Source of the DNA: Saltatorellus ferox
Lineage (GTDB): Bacteria > Planctomycetota > UBA1135 > GCA-002686595
Length of the DNA stretch: 24,000 bases
Reading direction: 5' to 3'
Assembly (NCBI RefSeq): GCF_007751475.1
Contig: NZ_CP036434.1
Span: 3,391,524 to 3,415,523, forward strand
Below are positions 17,168-24,000 of this stretch, one piece after another; the stretch's first letter is position 1; each line of letters begins with the position of its first letter. The notes under the pieces are model-generated. The model was not told the DNA's origin. It did not search any database and saw only the letters and a list, made by a program, of their open reading frames with translations. Both the position numbers and the translations under genes were made by a program.

Positions 17168-18922
17168 CTACTTCTTGCCCGTCCGCCCGCTGGCGGACAC
17201 CTGGCTCGGCGAATCAGGTGCAGCCTTGGGAAAGGCCACCGCGACCGCCTGGCTCGGCTGGGCCGCCACGGGGGCCGTGGTGGGCTCCTGGCCGCTGGCC
17301 GTGCAGGTCACCGTCATGGGCTGACCGGGGCGGATGAGGTAGCGGCGCGGCTGAAGCGATTCCGCGTCTCGGCCCGTGAACGTGAGCGCCCGATGGTCGC
17401 CGGACAGCTCCACCGTGGCCCGGGCCCAGGCCTTGCGGCCCTCCTCGCTCTGGCGCCATTCCACGGGGCATTGAACGCTCAGGCCGACGACGGGGGCCCG
17501 CGCGACCTGCGGCCCTCCCGAGACCACGAGATTCTGGTCGAGCGGCTCCCGGTCGCCGAACGGCGACACCACGTCCACGAGGTGGATGCCGGCGTGAAGT
17601 CCCTCCAGAATGGCCTCCCCCGACGCGGTCGACTCGGCGAGCGCGCTCACCCGTGCCAGGCCGATCGGCTGGAGTTCGACCCCGCCTTTCCGACAGACCT
17701 GGGCATTCACATCCGGTGACCGCGCGGAGGACTTGACGAAGACGAATCCATCGACCTGGACAGGGAGTCCCCGGGCATCGAAAACGGAGATGACAGAGGG
17801 GTCCACTCTTGCCTGGAGCTGACAGCCCGCCACCGGTTCCTGGAAGGGATCGAGGACTTCGAAGCGGTGCCTGGGCGGCCTGATCCCTCGCAGCGTGGTC
17901 GGGACCTGCACCACGTTCTCCGGGTCGTCGTCGCCTTCCAGCAGCGCGGAGACGTCGATCAGATCCCCCGCCATCGCGGGCGATTCCGGGATCCCGAGGA
18001 TGACGGTCCACGTGGACTCCGTGGTGAAGCGGAGCATCGGCGCGCGCCGCGCTTCCCTTTCGCCGAAGGAGAGCGAGTCCAGCACCTGCACGTCACCGTT
18101 CTCCCTGATCGTGACGAGGGCGCAGCGCCCCGAGAACGACTTGCGAACCTCCCCGGGCCGGGGCCGGTCGGCCGGTCTCGACGCCAGGCGCAGACGGCCA
18201 TCCATCGGGACGAGCGTCACGGTGGGCGTGGCGGTGAACGTCAGGCCGTCCATGCCCCAGCTGCTGGGATAGATCTTGACGCTGGTCGGCAGCGCGTCCA
18301 AATGGTCGACGGTCAGCACGACGACAGGAGCGTCTTGAACCGGGCGATCCACGAGCTGGACCGAGGGTTGTTCCAGGAGGAACCCACTCCCCGTCGCGCG
18401 GCTGCCGCCGTAGTCCGCGATCAGCTGGACCGGATGGCCAGGATCGAAGAGGCGGATCCGATGGGCGTCGATGAGCGGGCGAATGATGAAGGAGGCTTTT
18501 ATCTCAGCAGGTGCTGGCGGAAGCGCGTAGCCGAGCGTCTCGAGTTCCTTCTTCTTCGCGCGCCTCTCCCGCCGGCCGGGCCTGCTCTGGTCCCGAACCA
18601 AGTCCCCGGAGGGGGAATTCTCGGAGCGTTCGGGCGGTGGCTCCGAGCCCATCGCGCGTGCGGCGCGGTCGGGGAGATCGGTCAGGGCGACCTCAGCGGT
18701 TCGTACCTCGGCCGCTGCGGGCGGGTCGCCTGCGAAAGCAATGGTGGCGGGCAGCGTCTCGGACTGGCCGCGCTCCAACGAACGCACGACGCCGAACGCG
18801 ATAAGGGCCACCGCAGCGACGGCGGCTGCGATCCTGAGAGCGTTCTTACGCTGGCGAGCGGAGCGAGCATTCATGCGGGCAGCGGGGAAGAAGTGAGGAG
18901 GTCTGCGACCTGTCGCGGTCAC
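17168..18922 (-). CDS. membrane-anchored protein of unknown function
   Basis: 584-aa ORF with good third-position bias. It has a basic N-terminus followed by one TM helix (ALRIAAAVAAVALIAFGVV), a charged linker (RRERRAKKKELE), then a ~430-aa predicted extracytoplasmic beta-rich region. GTG 18922 overlaps the stop of the upstream small ORF (GTGA). An alternative ATG lies at 18874 (MNARSARQRKN...). Confidence 0.6.
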   Translation of the reverse strand: MTATGRRPPHFFPAARMNARSARQRKNALRIAAAVAAVALIAFGVVRSLERGQSETLPATIAFAGDPPAAAEVRTAEVALTDLPDRAARAMGSEPPPERSENSPSGDLVRDQSRPGRRERRAKKKELETLGYALPPAPAEIKASFIIRPLIDAHRIRLFDPGHPVQLIADYGGSRATGSGFLLEQPSVQLVDRPVQDAPVVVLTVDHLDALPTSVKIYPSSWGMDGLTFTATPTVTLVPMDGRLRLASRPADRPRPGEVRKSFSGRCALVTIRENGDVQVLDSLSFGEREARRAPMLRFTTESTWTVILGIPESPAMAGDLIDVSALLEGDDDPENVVQVPTTLRGIRPPRHRFEVLDPFQEPVAGCQLQARVDPSVISVFDARGLPVQVDGFVFVKSSARSPDVNAQVCRKGGVELQPIGLARVSALAESTASGEAILEGLHAGIHLVDVVSPFGDREPLDQNLVVSGGPQVARAPVVGLSVQCPVEWRQSEEGRKAWARATVELSGDHRALTFTGRDAESLQPRRYLIRPGQPMTVTCTASGQEPTTAPVAAQPSQAVAVAFPKAAPDSPSQVSASGRTGKK

Positions 18923-19218
18923 TCAGGCTGGGGCGGGAAGAGCCACTGCCGGTCGATTTCGGCGCAGAGGTCAAGCCAGGCGTCATGTGCGAGGGCGACG
19001 GGCGGGTCGCCTCCTTCTTCCTCGAAAAACGCGAAGGTGCCCGCCAGAGCGACGGCACGCTCGTCGGGGGAGAGGTGGCGCGTGGCCCGCTCGAAGGCCC
19101 CTGCCACGAAGCGCTGGATGCGGCGTTCCAGCTGGAGGGCTTCTCTTCCACATCTGTGAAGCGAAAGAGTCGATGAGAGGCCGGAAGGAAGCGGAAGGAG
19201 TGACACGGCTCTTGCCAA
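18919..19218 (-). CDS. small conserved hypothetical protein (intact paralog, copy 1)
   Basis: 99-aa ORF. Its 3' ~225 nt (18954-19177) are about 89% identical, by my hand alignment, to 22531-22755. The mismatches concentrate at third codon positions of this frame, which supports real coding. The true start within the ORF is uncertain. Confidence 0.55.
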   Translation of the reverse strand: MARAVSLLPLPSGLSSTLSLHRCGREALQLERRIQRFVAGAFERATRHLSPDERAVALAGTFAFFEEEGGDPPVALAHDAWLDLCAEIDRQWLFPPQPE

Positions 19219-19463
19219 CGCCGTGGCGCGGGTGACGGTCAGCTCTCGGTCACTTCGTCAGATTGACCGCCATCGCAGCCTGGGGCGTGTTCGAGCTCGT
19301 GGCCCCCCCCGACGCCGCGAATGCGACAGTCAGCCATGCCGCTTGGAAGACCTATCCGTTTTCGACGTGAGACATGGGGGCTTCTACGGAAGGAGGGTTC
19401 GTTCGTGACATGGTAGCGCAATACGGGGCCCAGAAGGCCCGACTGCGCCGGGCCGACGAACGG

Positions 19464-19513
19464 ATACCTTGACAATCCAGGTATCACCGTCTATACCTGG
19501 ATTATCAAGGTAT
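19464..19513 (+). promoter_or_regulatory. PadR-gene promoter overlapped by nested palindromic operator
   Basis: ATACCT-N9-AGGTAT occurs at 19464-19484 and again at 19493-19513. The two units are themselves inverted copies: the 18-nt arms 19467-19484 and 19493-19510 match 17/18. TTGACA lies at 19469-19474, and after 17 nt comes TATACC at 19492-19497. The last hexamer overlaps the ATG at 19512, which implies a very short leader or a leaderless transcript. Confidence 0.6.
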
Positions 19514-19838
19514 GAGTGTATTTCCCAAAGGCGCCCTGGACCTGCTCGTGCTCAAGGTCCTCCAGTCCCAGAGCCTGCACGGCTACGGGATCGCGGCGCG
19601 CATCCAGGAGCTGAGTGAGGAGGTCCTCGCCGTCGAGGAGGGCACCCTTTACCCGGCCTTGCACAGGATGGAGCGCACGGGCTGGATCAAGTCGAGCTGG
19701 CAGCCGAGCCCCACGGGGCGGCGCGCGCGCTTCTACGAGCTGACGGGCAAGGGGCGCAAGTACCTCGCGGCCGGCGTGAGCGAGTGGGAGACCACGAACC
19801 GAGCCATCGGTCGCGTGCTGGGAACGGAGCCCGCATGA
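19512..19838 (+). CDS. PadR-family transcriptional regulator
   Basis: 108-aa ORF. LDLLVLKVLQSQSLHGYGIAARIQELSEEVLAVEEGTLYPALHRMERTGWIKSSW...RRARFYELTGKGRKYL is a canonical PadR winged helix. Confidence 0.9.
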   Translation: MSVFPKGALDLLVLKVLQSQSLHGYGIAARIQELSEEVLAVEEGTLYPALHRMERTGWIKSSWQPSPTGRRARFYELTGKGRKYLAAGVSEWETTNRAIGRVLGTEPA

Positions 19839-20776
19839 GTCGAGACCAGGCCGCCTTCGAGTTCGGTGAAGACGACGCGCCCGCGCGTTCGGAGCGCGAG
19901 CGCATCGAGCAAGAGATCGATGAGGAGATCCGCTTTCACCTCGAAGCGCGCGCCCGCGCGCTGGAGGAAGCCGGCCTCGACGCGAGGGCGGCGCATCGAA
20001 CGGCGCTCGCGTACTTCGGCGACCGGCGCCGGATCCGCCGGGCCTGCCTCGTCCAACGCCAATGGAGACCCATCATGCTGCAGAGACTTCATCTCGCGAC
20101 CACCGTCCTCCTGCTCGTCGCCGCGGCGATCCTCGGCGCGCGCTCCCTGCTGGCGGAAGCTGCCTACGAGTCACGCCTGGAGGAGCTTGGTGAAGCTGTC
20201 GAGCGCTTGCAGGCGTCCGCTTCGGCAAGTCTTGCTCCTGGCGCCATCGTTGCGCCCGGTCTTCCTCCAAAGCGGGTCGACCTGTCGACCATCGCTGTGG
20301 GCGACGTCCTGGAAGTGAGGAATGAGGCCCATCAAGACCTTCATGTCGTCTGCTCGGTGTGCTATGACGGCATGATTCTCTTGCCGCAGCTGGGCTGGTT
20401 CATGGCCGCTGGCAAGACACTTCCGGTCATCGATGCGGAGCTCAACACAGCCTTCTACGCCTACTACACCACGGCTCCGAAGATCGTCACGATGCTGAAA
20501 GAGGCAGCACTCATTCGGGTCGAGCCCGATTCGGATCGTCCCATCGCACCCGGCGATTACCTCCGTCTCTATGATGAGGCGCATCCATTCGACGTCAACT
20601 TCACCATCATGGTGGATCCAGACGGGACACTGCTTCTGGATCAGCTAGGCCGTTTTCACGTGGCCGGGTACACCCGCAGTGATCTGGAGACGATCCTGGT
20701 GGACCGCTCCCGACCATTCTTCACCGAGGAGCCCGTGATCCGCGTCACGGTAACGGACGCACCCCGCCCCAAATAG
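19835..20776 (+). CDS. PadR-coupled membrane protein: permease-prefix-like N-terminus, one TM, two Poly_export/SLBB-like repeats
   Basis: Track ORF 19784..20776 trimmed to ATG 19835, which overlaps the PadR stop (ATGA).
- The N-terminus ERIEQEIDEEIRFHLEARARALEEAGLDARAAHRTALAYFGD resembles the cytoplasmic prefix of PadR-associated permeases.
- TM helix: LHLATTVLLLVAAAILGA.
- Two repeats follow of the pattern GD.L.....E......V..DG...LP.LG....AG.T: GDVLEVRNEAHQDLHVVCSVCYDGMILLPQLGWFMAAGKT and GDYLRLYDEAHPFDVNFTIMVDPDGTLLLDQLGRFHVAGYT. Confidence 0.65.
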   Translation: MSRDQAAFEFGEDDAPARSERERIEQEIDEEIRFHLEARARALEEAGLDARAAHRTALAYFGDRRRIRRACLVQRQWRPIMLQRLHLATTVLLLVAAAILGARSLLAEAAYESRLEELGEAVERLQASASASLAPGAIVAPGLPPKRVDLSTIAVGDVLEVRNEAHQDLHVVCSVCYDGMILLPQLGWFMAAGKTLPVIDAELNTAFYAYYTTAPKIVTMLKEAALIRVEPDSDRPIAPGDYLRLYDEAHPFDVNFTIMVDPDGTLLLDQLGRFHVAGYTRSDLETILVDRSRPFFTEEPVIRVTVTDAPRPK

Positions 20777-20813
20777 GCGTCCAGGGCGAGGGCTGCACGT
20801 GTTTGCCCCGCGC

Positions 20814-22370
20814 CTATCGCGTGATCGTCCTGTCCAGGATCCAGCGCGGTCCCGATTCGTGCTCGCGCGTCGTGGCTCGGCAGGTCGTGCCCTCTGCGAT
20901 CTTCTCGAAGCTCGCCTTGTCGATGGGAGCGTACAGGTAGCCCCGTTGGCCCAACAGCCAGATGCAGCCGGGGTGGAAGCTCGCCTTGATCTCGTTGGAT
21001 CCGTCCGTGGTCAGCGTCACCTCGTTGTCCGCTCGCTTCAGCTGCTTGACGAGGTCGCCCATCGATCGGGCCGAAACCGCGGCGATGAGGCCGAGGCGGC
21101 CTCGGTCCTGGTTGCTCCGAAGGATGTCGTCAGGGAGCTCCTTCGAGTCGGTCCAGTAGAGGGCCTCCACGGTGATCACCGGGTCCTCGAGCGGCGGGTT
21201 CCGGACCTTGCCATGAACACCGAAGCTGTCGCGCAGGGCCAGGGTCGAGTAGGGGTTCTGGTGGCCGAAGACGTCCTCTTCCTTGTCGTCGTTGGAGAGG
21301 GTCGAGCGGCGTCCGATCGTCTCCCACATGCGCGCGTCGGCCCAGTCGTGGAAGGTGGCCACGTGGGTCATCAGCCCGAAGAAGCCCTCGTGGAACACGC
21401 CGGCGTCCATGTCGGAGTAGTTGAGCCTGTGCCAGCGACCCTCGACGTAGACCTCGTTGAAGGTGTGCGACGACCAGCCCCGTCGAGAGCCGTCCAGCGC
21501 AGCTTCGAGCGTCGTCCGGACGCCGTTGTGATGGAGACCGCGCTCGAGCAGCTCCCACTCGCGATCATCGCCCGCGTCGATGATGGGAATGCAGAGGACG
21601 GTCCGCGTGGGAACGCCGAGGGCGCGCAGGCAGCCCGACAGGTAGATGGCCGACGAGGAGCAGCTCCCGCGTTCGCCGTGTTCGAACATGCCGGCGGCTT
21701 CGAACTCGCGGGGCCACGCGTCCTCCGCCGTGAGGCCCTCTCCGCTGGCCTTTTTCCGCGCGTACGCGGCGAGATCCTCGGGAATGAAGAATGCGCCCTT
21801 CGCGTCGACAGCCGTGATGAACGTCGTGAATCGATCCTTGTACTTCGCGTGATCGAGAAGCCACTTGGCTGCCGCAGCGACGCCGCCCGCGCCGCGGAGG
21901 TCCGGGATGCCCTCGCCGCTCTTCTTCATGGCGGCACGGATGGCTTGCCCCAGGTCACGTGACGCGTTGGACGTGGGCCCGGGCTCCAGCCAGCGCGCGA
22001 CGTCTTCGGACTCGCCGTCCGCTCCGACACCTTTCAGGTCGACGAGCGGGTAGTGAATCACCTCCAGCTCGACGTACGTATCCGTCTCGTCGAGCACGCG
22101 GACGTCCTGGTACGCGTCGTTCAGGAACTCCGGGGTCACGGGCCTCATCACCTGGACGAGGGACCGCACGGTATAGGCGTACTCGCGCCGCTCCAGCCAG
22201 TCCCCGTCCGGTATCCCGTCGCCGTCCGAGTCGGCCTTCTGCGGATCCGTGAGGTACTTGTGAACTTCCAGGAAGTCGGAAAGTCCGTCGCTGTCGGAGT
22301 CGATGCCACCTGGCCCGGACGAGAGGGCCAAGGAGGCCGCAAAAAGGAGTGCATGGGAAGACGTGAGCAT
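20814..22370 (-). CDS. secreted transglutaminase-like (Cys-His-Asp) protein with N-terminal Ca-binding Asp-rich repeats
   Basis: Track ORF 20814..22457 trimmed to ATG 22370 (MLTSSHALLFAASLALSSG signal peptide). It has thrombospondin-type-3-like DSDSDGLSDF and DSDGDGIPDGD repeats. The transglutaminase-core-like motifs are GSCSSSAIYLSGCLRALGVPTR (Cys) and SSHTFNEVYVEGRWHRLNYSD (His/Asp). Confidence 0.65.
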   Translation of the reverse strand: MLTSSHALLFAASLALSSGPGGIDSDSDGLSDFLEVHKYLTDPQKADSDGDGIPDGDWLERREYAYTVRSLVQVMRPVTPEFLNDAYQDVRVLDETDTYVELEVIHYPLVDLKGVGADGESEDVARWLEPGPTSNASRDLGQAIRAAMKKSGEGIPDLRGAGGVAAAAKWLLDHAKYKDRFTTFITAVDAKGAFFIPEDLAAYARKKASGEGLTAEDAWPREFEAAGMFEHGERGSCSSSAIYLSGCLRALGVPTRTVLCIPIIDAGDDREWELLERGLHHNGVRTTLEAALDGSRRGWSSHTFNEVYVEGRWHRLNYSDMDAGVFHEGFFGLMTHVATFHDWADARMWETIGRRSTLSNDDKEEDVFGHQNPYSTLALRDSFGVHGKVRNPPLEDPVITVEALYWTDSKELPDDILRSNQDRGRLGLIAAVSARSMGDLVKQLKRADNEVTLTTDGSNEIKASFHPGCIWLLGQRGYLYAPIDKASFEKIAEGTTCRATTREHESGPRWILDRTITR

Positions 22371-22381
22371 GCCTCGCCTAC

Positions 22382-22820
22382 TCACTCCCCCCCGGGCAGT
22401 TTCAGCTCTGGATCCCGAAAGGCACCGAACGCGAATCGAGGTCGCCCATCCGTGCAATTGAGCCGCGCTACTTGTTCTTCTCTTCTACTTCGCTCGGGTC
22501 CGGTCCGGGGTAGCGGGAGAACCACCCGCTCGATCTCGGCGCAGAGGTCGAGCCAGGCTTCCTGTGCAAGGGCGACGGGCGGATCGCCTCCTTCGTTCGT
22601 CGAGAAACGCGAACGTGCCGGTCAGGGCCACCGCTCGCTCGTTGGGGGAGAGGTGGCGCGTGGCGCGCTCGAAGGCCCCTTCCACGCAGCGCTGGATGCG
22701 GCGCTTCAGCTGGAGGGTTTCTCTTCCACAGCTGTGAAGCGAAAGAGTCGATGAGGTGGTACTGACGTGTGCGATGGAGTGCCCAACTCCACGGGGGGAG
22801 CGCGGGACCTTGGGGGTCAA
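22382..22820 (-). pseudogene. frameshifted paralog (copy 2) of the small ORF at 18919..19218
   Basis: The homologous sequence is split over two frames. Track ORF 22485..22820 carries ...STLSLHSCGRETLQLKRRIQRCVEGAFERATRHLSPNERAVALTGTFAFLDE. A 1-nt insertion relative to copy 1 at about 22594-22603 then moves the conserved continuation EGGDPPVALAQEAWLDLCAEIE into another frame, which stays open to a TGA at 22382-22384, 12 nt before the transglutaminase-like start. This could also be a sequencing or assembly indel. Confidence 0.45.
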
Positions 22821-23180
22821 GGGAAACAGGGGCGCGGCGGCTGGGGCGATCCGGCTGGAAGCGGGCGGACTGCCTCAGATTTCCTTCGTGCTCTTCTTCG
22901 CGCGCCTCGACTCATCCATGGGGATCGCCCGGCTGGAGAGGGAACGGGAACCGAATGAAGTCGGACGGGGGGTCGTGGGGAAGGACAGGGGGTCCACGCG
23001 GGGTGGCAGAACGGCGCATGGCTCGATTCCGCGGACGATAGGCCTGGGCACGCTGGTCAGCACGACGTGACCCGCGAGCTGAAAGTGGACAGTTGCGTTC
23101 ACAGATCCCGCCCCGATTCAGAGATTTGCGGGCGACTGGCTCGGTGACCACCGGGCACTTGATCGACTACAGCACTTCCC

Positions 23181-24000
23181 ATGAATCACAGTCTCACCGC
23201 CCTCGTCACCACCTCGTGTCTGCTCATTGCGGCTACCGGTGTGGCGTCGGCTCAGTCACCAGCACCTGTCGAGGTTCCGGATCGCTCCGGGCGTGATCAG
23301 CTCTACGCCTGGCTCGACCGCCTGGACTATCCGGATGGAGTCGATCTTCGAACGGTTCGATGGACGCGACCTGGCGAGTCTGGCCTCGCGTTCGTCGTCT
23401 CGGAGTCGGATGATCGTATCGAGCTGTTCGCGTTCGGCGGTTTCTCGCTTCGCGTGCCGAAGGCGCAGGGGCCGGGTGCCGCTGACGCCATTCGGATGGA
23501 GTTCGTCGAATTCGCCGACGCGGCGGAGCGGTGGCTCCACGAGGTCCAACCGGGGAGCAGCGACGATCAGGGCGACGACGACGGCGCCTTTGGGTTCGGG
23601 AACGTCCTCCCCGTCCGCAGCCAGCTCATCATGGCGGCTCGCCGCGCCTACCGGAGCGACGCTGGGGATTTGGAGTCCCGCCTCCTCGGTGCGGCAGCGA
23701 TCAGGTACGGACTCGAGGGGCGATCGAGAGGGCGGTCAGGGACGCCGTTGGCCGCCCTCCTTCGAGCGGACACCGAGGTCTTCGAGCGCGTGGCCGCATG
23801 GACCGGTTCCGGGATGACCGCTGACCTTGCCGGGAAACGAGCGCGGCTCCTGCGTTTTGCCGAGCTCTTCCCCGAGAGTCACTTCGCGGGTCCAGCAGGT
23901 TCGGAAGCCGACATCTTGGCCCGCATGATCGTCGAGGCGCCGGGGCTTCCCACCGACGAGGAACTCGAATCCTTGACCGGAGAGTCGCTGGCGCGCGCGC
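23181..24000 (+). CDS. secreted protein of unknown function, N-terminal portion (runs off the right edge)
   Basis: Missing from the ORF track because no stop lies in the window. ATG 23181 gives MNHSLTALVTTSCLLIAATGVASAQSPAPVEVPDRSGRDQLYAWLDRLDYPDGVDLRTVRW..., open for 273 codons to the window end. It has a signal peptide with an ASA-Q cleavage site and strong G/C third-position bias. The competing listed ORFs 23227..23817 and 23531..23824 are Arg/Ser-rich artefacts. Confidence 0.65.
   Translation, partial: MNHSLTALVTTSCLLIAATGVASAQSPAPVEVPDRSGRDQLYAWLDRLDYPDGVDLRTVRWTRPGESGLAFVVSESDDRIELFAFGGFSLRVPKAQGPGAADAIRMEFVEFADAAERWLHEVQPGSSDDQGDDDGAFGFGNVLPVRSQLIMAARRAYRSDAGDLESRLLGAAAIRYGLEGRSRGRSGTPLAALLRADTEVFERVAAWTGSGMTADLAGKRARLLRFAELFPESHFAGPAGSEADILARMIVEAPGLPTDEELESLTGESLARA

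Noticed and set aside
17867-19159. Plus-strand 430-aa ORF and 20799..21962 (387 aa)
   Set aside because: They are antisense to the 584-aa membrane protein and the transglutaminase-like gene. Their composition is Arg/Gly/Ala-rich with no motifs.
23015-23040. GGCTCGATTCCGCGG, reminiscent of a tRNA T-arm/loop
   Set aside because: The flanking bases do not pair into a T-stem (CATGG against CCGCG). I could not draw an acceptor stem or an anticodon arm around it.
22821-23180. 360-bp gap between copy 2 of the small-ORF module and the last gene, containing several 60-100 aa track ORFs
   Set aside because: The ORFs overlap in several frames and have Arg/Gly-rich translations with no signal or motif. 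This is probably a divergent promoter region. I could not support an ncRNA or a small gene from sequence alone.

Overview
High-GC (about 68-70% by eye), gene-dense bacterial chromosomal segment. I recognised no rRNA, tRNA, CRISPR array, transposase or integrase. Many long Arg/Gly/Ala/Pro-rich ORFs in the track are antisense or out-of-frame artefacts of the GC content. I called genes from recognisable protein motifs, third-position G/C bias and start-site context.

Layout:
- (1) A partial lipoprotein gene runs off the left edge. It is absent from the track.
- (2) An aerobic benzoyl-CoA (box) module, boxC-boxB on the minus strand, with a divergent boxR-type regulator. No boxA is present in the window.
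- (3) A ChaN-like lipoprotein lies divergent from a 1188-aa secreted HExxH protein, followed by a secreted protein of unknown family.
- (4) A minus-strand block of about 6 kb (11202-17085) is bracketed by the two signature enzymes of acyloxyacyl amino-acid lipid synthesis. These are a PlsC/OlsA-like O-acyltransferase and an OlsB-like N-acyltransferase. Between them sit a DinB-like protein, an NRDE/TANGO2-family protein with an N-terminal Cys, and an 873-aa fusion of alpha/beta-hydrolase, DedA/VTT membrane domain and ATP-grasp ligase.
- (5) Two copies of a paralogous small-ORF module of about 225 bp each sit immediately upstream of an exported-protein gene. One copy is frameshifted.
- (6) A PadR regulator has a 50-bp nested palindrome over its promoter. 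It is translationally coupled to an unusual membrane protein.
- (7) A transglutaminase-like secreted protein.
- (8) A partial secreted-protein gene runs off the right edge. It is also absent from the track.

The best candidate for an undescribed system is block (4). I interpret it as a head-group-modifying aminolipid pathway. That is inference from domain content and gene coupling only. All family assignments are from my reading of the translated sequences, and no database search was run.
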